Source: Candidatus Lokiarchaeum ossiferum (lineage in GTDB: Archaea > Asgardarchaeota > Lokiarchaeia > Sigyniarchaeales > Promethearchaeaceae). Taken from it: a stretch of DNA of 32,000 bases. The notes below the pieces were generated by a model that was not told where the DNA came from, ran no database searches, and saw nothing but the letters and a program-made list of their open reading frames with translations. Location: NCBI GenBank assembly GCA_025839675.1, contig CP104013.1, positions 1,260,001-1,292,000 on the forward strand, given 5' to 3'. The position numbers were made by a program, and so were the translations under genes. This document shows positions 18,311-28,189 of this stretch, one piece after another. Within the stretch, counting starts at the first letter, position 1. Each line of letters opens with the position of its first letter.

Positions 18311-20063
18311 AAATCATATTTTGGAATTCCAGATGTTCTCCTTGGTCTTGTATAAAAATCGTCTCCCCATCCCACAAGCCCCCAATAATTAAGACTTCTT
18401 TGGATGAGAAGGGCACCAATACCGCTTTGAGAAGCGGTATAAAGCAAAACCCATCTCTTTTTTCGATTTTGGTATTTCCGAATTCCTTTGATTCAGTATA
18501 AAGAGAACATACTCGATGAAAAAGAGTATAATTCCCAGAAAGATCAAAGTTTTCGAGGGGATAAATGCGTGGACAAAAAATATAGTGAGATTTCTCGAGT
18601 GACAATATCATAATCAAATCCGACTCCCCGCTGAATGAACTTCCAGAAATGAATCTAACTTCATAGCCCATTTCACCTAAGAACCAGTGCTTCAATTTAA
18701 AGGTAGTCGAATTAATTGGGATCATTCTCATGTTTTGATCCAGATAGTTAATTTTCAGTCCCCTATTTGAAGTTTTAATTGTGGCAATTTGACCATCAAT
18801 AATGTAAGTTCCAACATATTGTTCTAACTCTGCTTGTGAAATATAAATTTCATCCTTTGAAACAATTTTTTGAGGCGATATTCCCGTTTTGGTTTCTAAC
18901 ATGAGTTCTAATATCTCAAAAATCAAATTTTTGGCCGGTTCTTCGAAATTGTCATGATTCCCAAAGAGAATAACACCTTGTTTTGTTTCTGGAATATAGG
19001 CAAAACACGAATGTCGACCTAAATTAACTCCGGTATGAAATACTACCTTTTTTGCCAATTTGTGGGTGTTGATCTGAAATCCCAACCCAGTTTCTTGTGG
19101 ATCTCTATCTGAACAATATTGAAGATCATACATGGCATTAATTGTATCGAAGCTTAAGATTCGTTCTTCTTCAGAACCAGCATCCTTAACTAAGATTTGG
19201 AAAAACTTTTGAAGATCACCCATTTGTGAAAGCATGGCACCTGAACCGAGACTATTAATATCCATATCATGATACGGGACAGTTTCATGACCATTCTGAT
19301 AATAGCCAACTGAAATTAATGACGGATCTATAAAATCAGATGAAAAATAATGGGTCCCCCTCATATTCCACTTATGAAAGAAATTTTCTTCCATATAATA
19401 GACAAAGGATTGATTCCGCAACGATTCTATAACATGGGCTAAAAGGTCATAGCCAATATTCGAATATTTATATCGAGTCCCTGCAGGATATGATAGAGTA
19501 CTTTCAGCTAAAGATTTCATTTGATCTTTAAGACAATCCGTACCATTATCCCAATGCCATAACTCCAGATTATCATTGCGAGGTAATCCCGCTCGATGAC
19601 TTAGGATATGACGAATCGTGATTGGTGTTGAATTGAAGTGGGATTTAATGTAGAATTCGGGCAGATAATCCGTAAGCGGGTGATCTAAATCAATCAGTCC
19701 GTCTTCTACTAAGTGCATGATTTCAATCGCTGTAAATAATTTTGTTATAGAGCCAATTTTTAACACAGTCGTATTCGAAAAGGAGATCTTTGCATCCTCA
19801 TTTGCCCATCCATAATACTTTTCCATTATTATCTCTTGTTCATCTAAGAGTGATACAGCTGCACCAGGGACATCATATCTACGGATTATTTGGTTGATTT
19901 TGAAATCCACGACTTTCGTCGTAAAGGAATAATCACCAATCGGAATAGATACCGGTTTAATCGGACCTTTTACAAGACGGATTCCCCCGCTGATCCCCCC
20001 CATAGTAATCATGAAAAATAGGAGAACAGACATACTTTTTTTATGTGTTATAATCCTTGACAT
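18294..20063 (-). CDS. Membrane-anchored serine hydrolase of the beta-lactamase/PBP (class C-like) family with a C-terminal extra domain
   Basis: The N-terminal anchor is MSVLLFFMITMGGISGGI. The SxxK motif is GSITKLFTA, the YxN motif is YKYSNIGYDLL, and the third motif is HTG (VVFHTGVNLG). A C-terminal domain of about 190 aa follows (ELEQYVGTYIIDGQIATIKTSNRGLKINY...). Confidence 0.92.
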   Translation of the reverse strand: MSRIITHKKSMSVLLFFMITMGGISGGIRLVKGPIKPVSIPIGDYSFTTKVVDFKINQIIRRYDVPGAAVSLLDEQEIIMEKYYGWANEDAKISFSNTTVLKIGSITKLFTAIEIMHLVEDGLIDLDHPLTDYLPEFYIKSHFNSTPITIRHILSHRAGLPRNDNLELWHWDNGTDCLKDQMKSLAESTLSYPAGTRYKYSNIGYDLLAHVIESLRNQSFVYYMEENFFHKWNMRGTHYFSSDFIDPSLISVGYYQNGHETVPYHDMDINSLGSGAMLSQMGDLQKFFQILVKDAGSEEERILSFDTINAMYDLQYCSDRDPQETGLGFQINTHKLAKKVVFHTGVNLGRHSCFAYIPETKQGVILFGNHDNFEEPAKNLIFEILELMLETKTGISPQKIVSKDEIYISQAELEQYVGTYIIDGQIATIKTSNRGLKINYLDQNMRMIPINSTTFKLKHWFLGEMGYEVRFISGSSFSGESDLIMILSLEKSHYIFCPRIYPLENFDLSGNYTLFHRVCSLYTESKEFGNTKIEKRDGFCFIPLLKAVLVPFSSKEVLIIGGLWDGETIFIQDQGEHLEFQNMIFFRQK

Positions 20064-20286
20064 ATATCAGTGCCAATAATATGGGACTATAATTAAAGAG
20101 GAGTCCATCGGTTATCTGTTCATAAAAATGTGAATAACTCCTTTTCAACTAAAATTTTTTTAAGAAATTTCTTTTTAAGTTCAAGCAATGCATGTTCATT
20201 ACTCAAACCCTAATTCTTTTTAAAGTTAAATTTAGAATTGACCCTCCCCAAAGATTTTTTATATTAAATCCTCCATAAACAATTTA

Positions 20287-20844
20287 ATGAAAAAGGACGA
20301 GGTACCACCAAATGAAATTCTTATTCTATCAAGTGGACGAGGGAGTATAATCCACTATGTATTTCGATGCTTGATAATTTTGGAATTAATCTTCCCAACA
20401 ATACTCTTATATTATGATATGCCATGGTTTGCAGTTTTAGGAGCAATATCAGCCATTTTGTTTTTAGCGTTTTTTTTACTTGCACCGCTTATGAACAAAA
20501 GAATACTCACCAAAAGTAGAATGATATCCCTCGTTATTTCTGGAGTGTTTATTTTTGAAACTTTAGGGCATCTCCTTGTTATGTTTTTTGTATTGTTCCT
20601 GCACGGAGGAAGTTCGATGGTTGGCATTAACATCGCTAAATTTAGCTTTGCATGTTTGCTTATTCCGAGTATGCTGTGCAATATTTTAGACGTCAAAGAA
20701 GATTTTTCTGGTGTTCGTTTACAAAACTTAATGTCCATAGAAGATGAGAAGATCGCCCACATCAAAAAAGTGAAAATAATTGGCGTTATCACAGGATTTC
20801 TGAGTTTTATTAGCCCGCTTTTGTTTTTATTTCGAAAATATTAG
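20287..20844 (+). CDS. Hypothetical polytopic membrane protein (185 aa, 4-5 predicted helices)
   Basis: Successive hydrophobic stretches are present: IIHYVFRCLIILELIFPTILLYY, FAVLGAISAILFLAFFLLAPL, ISLVISGVFIFETLGHLLVMFFVLFL, FSFACLLIPSMLCNIL, IIGVITGFLSFISPLLFLF. Confidence 0.7.
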   Translation: MKKDEVPPNEILILSSGRGSIIHYVFRCLIILELIFPTILLYYDMPWFAVLGAISAILFLAFFLLAPLMNKRILTKSRMISLVISGVFIFETLGHLLVMFFVLFLHGGSSMVGINIAKFSFACLLIPSMLCNILDVKEDFSGVRLQNLMSIEDEKIAHIKKVKIIGVITGFLSFISPLLFLFRKY

Positions 20845-21097
20845 AGTAATTTTCAAAAATCTCAATATTTATTCTAAACAAAATTGATCTTATATCATTG
20901 TGATTTTTTTGCAATTCAAAAAAAAAATGAAAGGATTAGATCTATTCAATCTATCCTAATTATGTAAAAAGTATTTTTTATACATAAATATCTTCTTTTA
21001 ATGTATTATTCACACTTGAGATTTATAAAAGAATAGTATCTACTATCACATGTAAAGTAATCGAACTTAAATCGAAGAACTTTATGTTGGGATAAAC

Positions 21098-24000
21098 ATG
21101 AATTTTAAAGCAAAAAAAATGGAAATCGCGGCATTGTTATTTATTCTAATTACAATCGTTCCAATAATTACAGTATCAGGGGCGCAAGAAATTCCTCCTG
21201 AAGACCCACCAGCACCAACGATATATACCGTCACTGGATATCTAAGATCTGATGGCTATGGGTTTATTCGAAATGAAAAATTGAATATTTATGCAGGATC
21301 TATCTCTTTAGGAGAAGCATATACAAATGATTTGGGATATTTTTCCATGTCATTCAATTCTTACATGACAATTAATGATATCATTGTTAAAGCAGATATT
21401 GCAGGATTTGATTATGCACAGTTAAGTGTTCACTCAACTGGAGTAAATTTTAATTTTGGCCAGTTCTATTTAAATTTACAAGAAGATAATACGTGCCCCA
21501 CAATTAATCATCCTAGCGATATTTCCTATGAAGCAGGTACTGTTGGAAACATAATCACTTGGATAGGAATAGATGATCATCCTGATCAATATACATTATA
21601 TAATTCTAATGGAGAAGTTGTGCAAATTGGAATGTGGTCTTCAAGTATTGGAATAACGATTAATTTCGATGGTCTAGTACCCGGTACCCATACATTTTAT
21701 ATCACTTTACAAGATCATCTTCCATATCAAAATGGATTGGCAAGGGATGAAGTAATTGTTAAAGTTTACGATGTTATGACTGTTTTTGGAGTGATTAAAA
21801 ATGATTGGGATTCGAATCCAATGTCAAATGTCAATGTTCAACTCCACGGCCAACTTGTTGGAGGAAGTACCGAGGAACTCATCGATTCATGCTCAACATC
21901 AGGAAGTGGAACATATTCGGTAGAGGCCCCAATAAATGGAGATTATTCATCATTTAAACTCACTTTATCAAAATTGGGTTTTTTCTCGTATACTGAAACA
22001 TATGGTCCCTATGTTGATGCTCATGACTTAAATGTAATGCTAATACCGGAAGATGACACAATACCTACTGTAACCAATAGGGGAAATATCAACATAATTG
22101 ATACAACAGGAATTCAACGACCGATGGTTCAATGGGATGTTTCTGATAATTTTCCTACATATTACAGAATCAGTCAAGGTGCAGATATTAGCAATTGGTA
22201 TTCATGGAATAATGGAGATTTAATTCAGGTGGATCTTAGCGATTATTCCCTTGGAGAATATAACTTTGAGATTACTCTTAAGGATTATGGCAATCATATT
22301 GTTACGGATACAGTAAATGTGAAATTACTAAAAGAATTTCGAATGGATGGTATTGTAATCTCGGATCATCGCGATATCCCTCTGAAATCTGCCAACATCC
22401 AAATTTTGGGAATGACGGATTATTGGAGGGAGATACACAGATTTGGTACAAATGATAGTGGACAGTTTGAGGAGTCTTTTGGTTATGATCCCAATATTAG
22501 CCAACTTCAAGCAAAAATAACATATCCAGGCCATAGTTCACGCACAATTTCATTGAATATGGCACAAAGTCATTTTTCAGGTGAAATTTCCCTAGATCCA
22601 AGTGATATTACAGTACCCACTTTAACTCGCACAGGGACAAATTCAGACACAACTCACTTTTACATTGAGGAATTTGGGGATGTGTCTTTTGGTTGGAAGG
22701 CAATTGATGATCATCCTTCAGGTTATGCTATTTTTATAAATAATGTATTCACTGAATCAGGAGATTGGAATTCTAATCAAGAATTTAACTTTGAGTTATC
22801 AAATTTGGCATTTGGTGAATATAGTTATACTTTAAGAGTTGATGATTATGGAAGCCATTATGTCTCTGATACTGTGTATATCCATGTTGGGAGAGAACTA
22901 TCCATTTCGGGAATTTTGTATGATGAGTGGATAAATTCCCCGAAGGATGGGAGTCTTATGTCACTTCAATATTACTCAGAAGGATCAGGATGGAAAAGCT
23001 TTACGAATGGTGATGCTCATGCTTTATCTGGTGAACAAAACACCCCAGGGTACTATTCATTTTCCGTTCAATATTACAGTCCAATGATACTTGCTCGAAT
23101 CTTTATTGCAGAATACGCAGGATATGCAGAATTAGCTCATGAATTCAATCTTGGCTCAATCCCTCCAACCAATCTTTACTTACAACGTGTTGAAGAAGAT
23201 AATGCCCCATGGGTAAATCATCCAGCCGATATGGTGATTTTTTACCAAGAAGAAGCTAACATCTCTTGGATGGCAAATGATGGACATCCTGTCGCAGCAT
23301 GGATTTCAGAAGATAATACTGATACCTTTCTTCGCCCCCGCTTTCATTGGCTCGGAGAAGATATTGACTTTTGTTTGAAGGTATTGGCTGTGGGATCCTA
23401 TAATATTACTCTACATCTCGAAGATTCTACAGATAATATAGTAACCGACACCGTCGAAGTTATAGTTAAGAGTAGAAAAACAATAGTGAAAAAGATCGAC
23501 TATTTTGAAGACGAAGAAATTACACCTGATTGGCAAACTCGAATTTCAACCCCTGGAATAGAACAAACCTTCAGTGAAGGGAATTACAACACCGGAAATT
23601 GGGGAACTCGAAATGTACTCCGAATGGATGAGGGAAATACCGGTACGGGACGAAGTCGTTATGATTATTATCAAGACTTAGGGGAATCCTTCTCGGGAGA
23701 TTTTGAATTATCCGCGATCATTGGATTGTATCAACCGTATTCGGGAGAAATGGCGTTTAACGGATTAACGATTTTAGATGAAAACTGGAATCCAATTGCT
23801 TACGGAGGAATGTATGACGCATGGTCAGGTAGTACTAAAAAAGATTGTGCGGGTATAAATGGACAAACTTATTCCACTGGATATATTTTCAATACCCCAA
23901 ATCGAGCGATCGGAGTTAAAATCCAACGAGTTGGTGATACATGGACAGTCTATCTTGATACGGATCAGGATTCTGATTTTACCGAATTCACTACCCCTCT

Positions 24001-24748
24001 GTTAACTGAAACCTGCACCACAACTGCCCGATATATTGGTTTTTACTTCTATCAATATAGCACATATAAAAATCCGAATTATTTCGCATGGACCGATGAT
24101 TTCAATTTCAAAGCCAGTCCTATCTCAAGTGATACATTTGACGATAGTAGCATTAATTCAGTGTGGGATACTCGAATCATCACTGTAGGGATGGAGCAAA
24201 CCTTTACCGAAGGCTCGGCTAATACAGGAACATGGGGTTCACGAGATATGTTACGTATGGATGAAGGCACTACTGGTACGGGAAGAAGTTATTATGCTGT
24301 CTTCCAAGATTTAGGGGATTCCTTCACCGCTGATTTCACAATGTCAGCAATTGTGGGAATGTATCAACCAACCTATGGAGAAATGGCTTTCATTCGTTTA
24401 GCCATCTGGGATGAAAACTGGAATGTGATTGCGGAAGGAGGATTGTATGATGCTTGGGCAGGAACGGCTAAAAAGGATTGTGCTTATTTAAATGGTCAAG
24501 CGTATTCAACAGGTTATAATTTCATGGCAAATCGAGCCCACGGTGTCAAGATCCAGCGTAGCGGCGATTCATGGTCAGTCTTCCTGGATACTGATCAAGA
24601 TAGCAACTTTGGCGAATTCTCGACCCCCATTTTAACCGATACATGTACTAGTGTTCCACGCTATGTGGGATTTGAATTCTTCCAATACAGCACGTATAAA
24701 CAAGCAGGCCAATATTGTTGGGCCGATGATTTTAGCTTTTCCCTATAA
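21098..24748 (+). CDS. Large secreted modular protein: 4 x (Ig-like module + carboxypeptidase-regulatory-like beta-sandwich) followed by 2 x ~211-aa jelly-roll (lectin/LamG-like) domains
   Basis: The signal peptide is MEIAALLFILITIVPIITVSGAQE. Four modules start at about 21484, 22049, 22601 and 23191 (D.T.PT...P.D......G......W...D.HP..Y.I). The C-terminal duplication is 23498-24120 versus 24131-24745 (F.D..I...W.TRI...G.EQTF.EG..NTG.WG.R..LRMDEG.TGTGRS.Y...QDLG.SF..DF..SAI.G.YQP..GEMAF..L.I.DENWN.IA.GG.YDAW.G..KKDCA..NGQ.YSTGY.F....RA.GVKIQR.GD.W.V.LDTDQDS.F.EF.TP.LT.TCT...RY.GF.F.QYSTYK). There is no C-terminal anchor. Confidence 0.92.
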   Translation: MNFKAKKMEIAALLFILITIVPIITVSGAQEIPPEDPPAPTIYTVTGYLRSDGYGFIRNEKLNIYAGSISLGEAYTNDLGYFSMSFNSYMTINDIIVKADIAGFDYAQLSVHSTGVNFNFGQFYLNLQEDNTCPTINHPSDISYEAGTVGNIITWIGIDDHPDQYTLYNSNGEVVQIGMWSSSIGITINFDGLVPGTHTFYITLQDHLPYQNGLARDEVIVKVYDVMTVFGVIKNDWDSNPMSNVNVQLHGQLVGGSTEELIDSCSTSGSGTYSVEAPINGDYSSFKLTLSKLGFFSYTETYGPYVDAHDLNVMLIPEDDTIPTVTNRGNINIIDTTGIQRPMVQWDVSDNFPTYYRISQGADISNWYSWNNGDLIQVDLSDYSLGEYNFEITLKDYGNHIVTDTVNVKLLKEFRMDGIVISDHRDIPLKSANIQILGMTDYWREIHRFGTNDSGQFEESFGYDPNISQLQAKITYPGHSSRTISLNMAQSHFSGEISLDPSDITVPTLTRTGTNSDTTHFYIEEFGDVSFGWKAIDDHPSGYAIFINNVFTESGDWNSNQEFNFELSNLAFGEYSYTLRVDDYGSHYVSDTVYIHVGRELSISGILYDEWINSPKDGSLMSLQYYSEGSGWKSFTNGDAHALSGEQNTPGYYSFSVQYYSPMILARIFIAEYAGYAELAHEFNLGSIPPTNLYLQRVEEDNAPWVNHPADMVIFYQEEANISWMANDGHPVAAWISEDNTDTFLRPRFHWLGEDIDFCLKVLAVGSYNITLHLEDSTDNIVTDTVEVIVKSRKTIVKKIDYFEDEEITPDWQTRISTPGIEQTFSEGNYNTGNWGTRNVLRMDEGNTGTGRSRYDYYQDLGESFSGDFELSAIIGLYQPYSGEMAFNGLTILDENWNPIAYGGMYDAWSGSTKKDCAGINGQTYSTGYIFNTPNRAIGVKIQRVGDTWTVYLDTDQDSDFTEFTTPLLTETCTTTARYIGFYFYQYSTYKNPNYFAWTDDFNFKASPISSDTFDDSSINSVWDTRIITVGMEQTFTEGSANTGTWGSRDMLRMDEGTTGTGRSYYAVFQDLGDSFTADFTMSAIVGMYQPTYGEMAFIRLAIWDENWNVIAEGGLYDAWAGTAKKDCAYLNGQAYSTGYNFMANRAHGVKIQRSGDSWSVFLDTDQDSNFGEFSTPILTDTCTSVPRYVGFEFFQYSTYKQAGQYCWADDFSFSL

Positions 24749-24756
24749 ATCTGACC

Positions 24757-24769
24757 TTTTTTTTTTTTT
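24757..24769 (+). terminator. T13 tract 9 nt after the stop of the 1216-aa gene
   Basis: The sequence is ctgacc followed by 13 T, immediately after TAA 24746-24748. Confidence 0.5.
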
Positions 24770-25287
24770 ACCAGATAGTTCCATCAAAATGAATTCTGAG
24801 TGATTTATAAGATCAGCAAAAATTTTACTCCACCCATAAATTTTATGAATGTGAAGGTTCTGGGATTATTTTTTAAAATAAATTAAAGAATACTAGAATC
24901 AGGATAATTTAACCCATATTATTATTGTGATTCATAAATTGGAAAACTTCTTGTCCTAAATTAGAAAAGATGCCAAAATCACTCAAATATTACAAAAAAA
25001 CGAGGATAGAAGCCTATTCTTTTGATTCTTAAATATCACGATGCCGCTCATTTCTTCCTTTCGTTTTCGATCTCAAATGATGGTTTAGTAATAATGTCGG
25101 AAATTTGCGGTTACAAATTCATTTAATCATAGTCCAGCATTTTAGCTAAATATAATTCATAACAATGAAACTAAATTTGAATTTAGGTCATCACTAATCG
25201 GTAATTTAAGACATTTCAACTTTTTTGCATAAACTATTAATTTATCACCAAATATTATTCTACTAATCATTAAAAAAGTCGAAAAAT

Positions 25288-27978
25288 ATGATAGGACTAT
25301 CTTGGAAAAAATGTGCATTGCACATACATACCCCTGCATCTCATGATGTCCCCAATGATTTATATACACCCGAAGAACTGATTGAAAAAGCCATTCAATG
25401 CAAAGTAGATGTGTTAGGAATAACTGATCATAATAATGTTAAATGGATAGATAAAGTTAGAAATGCAAACCAAAAAAATGGTTCACAACTGACCATATTT
25501 CCTGGAGTTGAACTTGATACTAAAGATGGTATTCATGTTTTAGTATATTTCGATCCAAATATAGAAATTTCAAAATTAACTGATTTCTTACATGAATTAG
25601 GAATACACGAACAACATTATCATGTTCCAACTCAAACAACTAGCGCAATTTTAAATAAATTCGAAGAATTTTACGAAAAAATTAAAGAATTCTCTGGATT
25701 TTTAATTTTTGCCCATATTAAAAGCAATCCTAAATCCCTTTTGATTCGAGCTGGTGGGACGGAATTTTCAAAGAATGAATTGAAGAATTATAATTGTCCC
25801 TTCGAAGTAAGAAAAGAAATAAAATCTGAAATAATGAATACACATCCTGGACGAGCGATAATAATAAAAACAGATTTTCATACACTTGAAGAATTTGATA
25901 ACGGAGACTACACTTGGATCAAATTTGGAAATGAAATCACCTTGGAAAGTCTTAAACAAATATCTTATGATCCATCACTTCGAATCGATTTTGAAGTACC
26001 TCAAATCAAACATCCATTTATCTCAAAATTAATATTACCAACGAGTTATTTTCATGATAATGAAATTGATTTCAATCCATTTTTGAATGTGATAATTGGA
26101 GGACGAGGAACAGGAAAATCAGTAATAATTGAATCCATAGACTTTGTATTCCAGAATTATTCAAATCCAGCCCTATTTAATGATAAACCACAATATTATG
26201 AGAAACTGAATAAAATCTTCATTGGAAACGAAAAAATTTCAATAGAGATAAATTATGATACTCAAAGCTATCGCTTGTCCCGAATATTTAAGAAATTTCC
26301 TCTTAATAAGAAATGGAAATCTGATCCAAAAAAGCTTCAAGATGATATTCAAGCTTATGATCATGCAAATATACAGATTTTAGAACAGTACATAGATGAT
26401 AGTTGGGAAGAAATCCAATTAGAACCAATTTTAACTGACTTATACCCACAACTATTTACTCAATCCTGTGTAAAGAAAATTGGAGATCAATCCGAAAAAT
26501 TATTATCATTTATTGAACAAAATACTCACTTAAGCACACGTTCGATTAAATATGAGAAAAATAAGATTGATTTCTGCAATTTATTAAAAAAAATAAGTGA
26601 TATTGAAGATTTGATTTTGGATCTTTATTCGAAATTATCTATTCCAGAAGAAATTGAGCATGATATTCAAAAAACTAAAAATGAAATAGAAGGACTTAAC
26701 GCCCGGGTGTCTAATATTGAGTTAAAGAATAAACAGAAATTGGATGTTAATCAAGAAAAAATTAAAAATTTTATTAAGAAAGTACCAGAAAAAAAATTTG
26801 ATAAATCACAACTAGAAGAAATTGAGATAGATTATGTGGGATGTGAGTTAATGAACCAGAACATAACAAACGATACAATCTCAATAAATTCCCACATCGA
26901 AACAATAAATACAGACATTAGCAATTTAAATAATTCAATTCTTTCATTTGTTCAAAATTTGGATCAAAACTGGGATTCTTTTTATAAAATAGAAAGGGAA
27001 AGGATACGTTCCACAGGAATTGATTGGAATTCTGACGAATCTCAATTAACTCAAAAAATGACTGATCTCGGGATTCTGCTAACAAAATATAGTGAAGAAA
27101 AAAATAAAAATGAAACAACTATTGCTAAAATAATGGAACAAGAGACACTGAGGGATGAATTGAAATGCACATTAAATGCAGTAAATAATAAAATAATAAG
27201 ATTTCAAAAAAGAATCGGGAGAAAAATAGATGGAATGATTCAAATTCCCAACACTTCATTTAAAATAATTGCTGAATCTGATAATGATTTAGTTTATGAT
27301 ATTTTAGATTCAATAATATTAACAAATGCTCATAATAAAGAAGAAAAAATTCAATCCATTTTAAATGAAATTGATCCTAAGGACCTTTTATTGTACATTA
27401 CATCAGGAAATACTTCAGTAGGAGAAAAATTAGCTGAATTAGGTCTTACAGAAAAAAATATTGAAAATTTCCAAAATAAATTTACATGTAATTTCAAGCA
27501 AATAACCAATATTAGAGGAATAAATCACAAAGAATTACTAGAATGGGATAGATTATTAAATCGATCCAAAGTTCAATTTACTCTCCAAAAAGAAGGACTA
27601 TACAAAGATATCTCTGATCTATCGCCAGGAGAAAAATGCGCTTTAGTTATGGCAATCATTTTAATTAAAAATTCAAGAGTGACTATTATCGATCAACCTG
27701 AGGATGAGTTGGATTATAAAACTCGAAAAGATTTGGTCAAGATGATTTCAGATAAGAAGATTACATCCCAAATTATCATTGTTACTCATTATCAGAACAT
27801 TCCTGTTCTTTCTGATGGCGATAATATTCTTTTACTTGAAGAGAGAGAACATAAATCTAATATTGTAAAACAAGGCTGTTTTGAGGACATGATCGATAAC
27901 ATTATTGACATGGAGGGCGGTCCTGATGCGATTAAAACCAGATTTGCAAAATATAAAGAAAACTTGCCTAAATATTGA
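25288..27978 (+). CDS. PHP-domain phosphoesterase fused to a Rad50/SbcC/OLD-style ABC ATPase with a ~500-aa helical insertion (Ppl-like architecture)
   Basis: PHP motifs appear in order: CALHIHTP (HxH), LGITDHNN (DH), FPGVELD (E), GIHVLVY (H), IFAHIKS (H), IIKTDFH (DxH). Walker A is GGRGTGKS (aa 271-278, nt 26098-26121). Aa 280-775 are Lys/Glu/Asn-rich and heptad-like. The ABC signature is LSPGEKCAL (aa 778), Walker B is VTIIDQPEDELD, and the H-loop is IIIVTHYQN. Confidence 0.92.
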   Translation: MIGLSWKKCALHIHTPASHDVPNDLYTPEELIEKAIQCKVDVLGITDHNNVKWIDKVRNANQKNGSQLTIFPGVELDTKDGIHVLVYFDPNIEISKLTDFLHELGIHEQHYHVPTQTTSAILNKFEEFYEKIKEFSGFLIFAHIKSNPKSLLIRAGGTEFSKNELKNYNCPFEVRKEIKSEIMNTHPGRAIIIKTDFHTLEEFDNGDYTWIKFGNEITLESLKQISYDPSLRIDFEVPQIKHPFISKLILPTSYFHDNEIDFNPFLNVIIGGRGTGKSVIIESIDFVFQNYSNPALFNDKPQYYEKLNKIFIGNEKISIEINYDTQSYRLSRIFKKFPLNKKWKSDPKKLQDDIQAYDHANIQILEQYIDDSWEEIQLEPILTDLYPQLFTQSCVKKIGDQSEKLLSFIEQNTHLSTRSIKYEKNKIDFCNLLKKISDIEDLILDLYSKLSIPEEIEHDIQKTKNEIEGLNARVSNIELKNKQKLDVNQEKIKNFIKKVPEKKFDKSQLEEIEIDYVGCELMNQNITNDTISINSHIETINTDISNLNNSILSFVQNLDQNWDSFYKIERERIRSTGIDWNSDESQLTQKMTDLGILLTKYSEEKNKNETTIAKIMEQETLRDELKCTLNAVNNKIIRFQKRIGRKIDGMIQIPNTSFKIIAESDNDLVYDILDSIILTNAHNKEEKIQSILNEIDPKDLLLYITSGNTSVGEKLAELGLTEKNIENFQNKFTCNFKQITNIRGINHKELLEWDRLLNRSKVQFTLQKEGLYKDISDLSPGEKCALVMAIILIKNSRVTIIDQPEDELDYKTRKDLVKMISDKKITSQIIIVTHYQNIPVLSDGDNILLLEEREHKSNIVKQGCFEDMIDNIIDMEGGPDAIKTRFAKYKENLPKY

Positions 27979-28166
27979 TTTCCTCCATTTTTCGATTATT
28001 GTAATAAGATGCATATTTTGCGAAGAATTTTAGAGAATTATTTCAATTAATTCAAAAAATAAATCGTCTTTAGTAAAAATTCTCAATTTTGTAGGGTCTC
28101 GCAAAAAAATACACTTTCTACCACTTTTTGAAGGTAAGGCCGCATTGAAGATATATGTCTACCATG

Positions 28167-28189
28167 AGAAAAAAATATATGAAAAAAAA
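28167..28189 (-). terminator. T-runs (minus strand) abutting the helicase-nuclease stop codon
   Basis: A8 at 28182-28189 on the plus strand lies directly below TAA (28190-28192). A further A7 lies at about 28167-28175. Confidence 0.4.

Noticed and set aside
20412-20792. 126-aa ORF antisense to the membrane-protein gene
   Set aside because: The sense ORF gives clean transmembrane helices, while the antisense one does not.
25038-25045. acgatgcc, an 8-mer identical to part of the tRNA-Phe 3' half (31854-31861), considered as a possible attL remnant delimiting the island
   Set aside because: The flanking bases do not match on either side, so an isolated 8-mer is compatible with chance.
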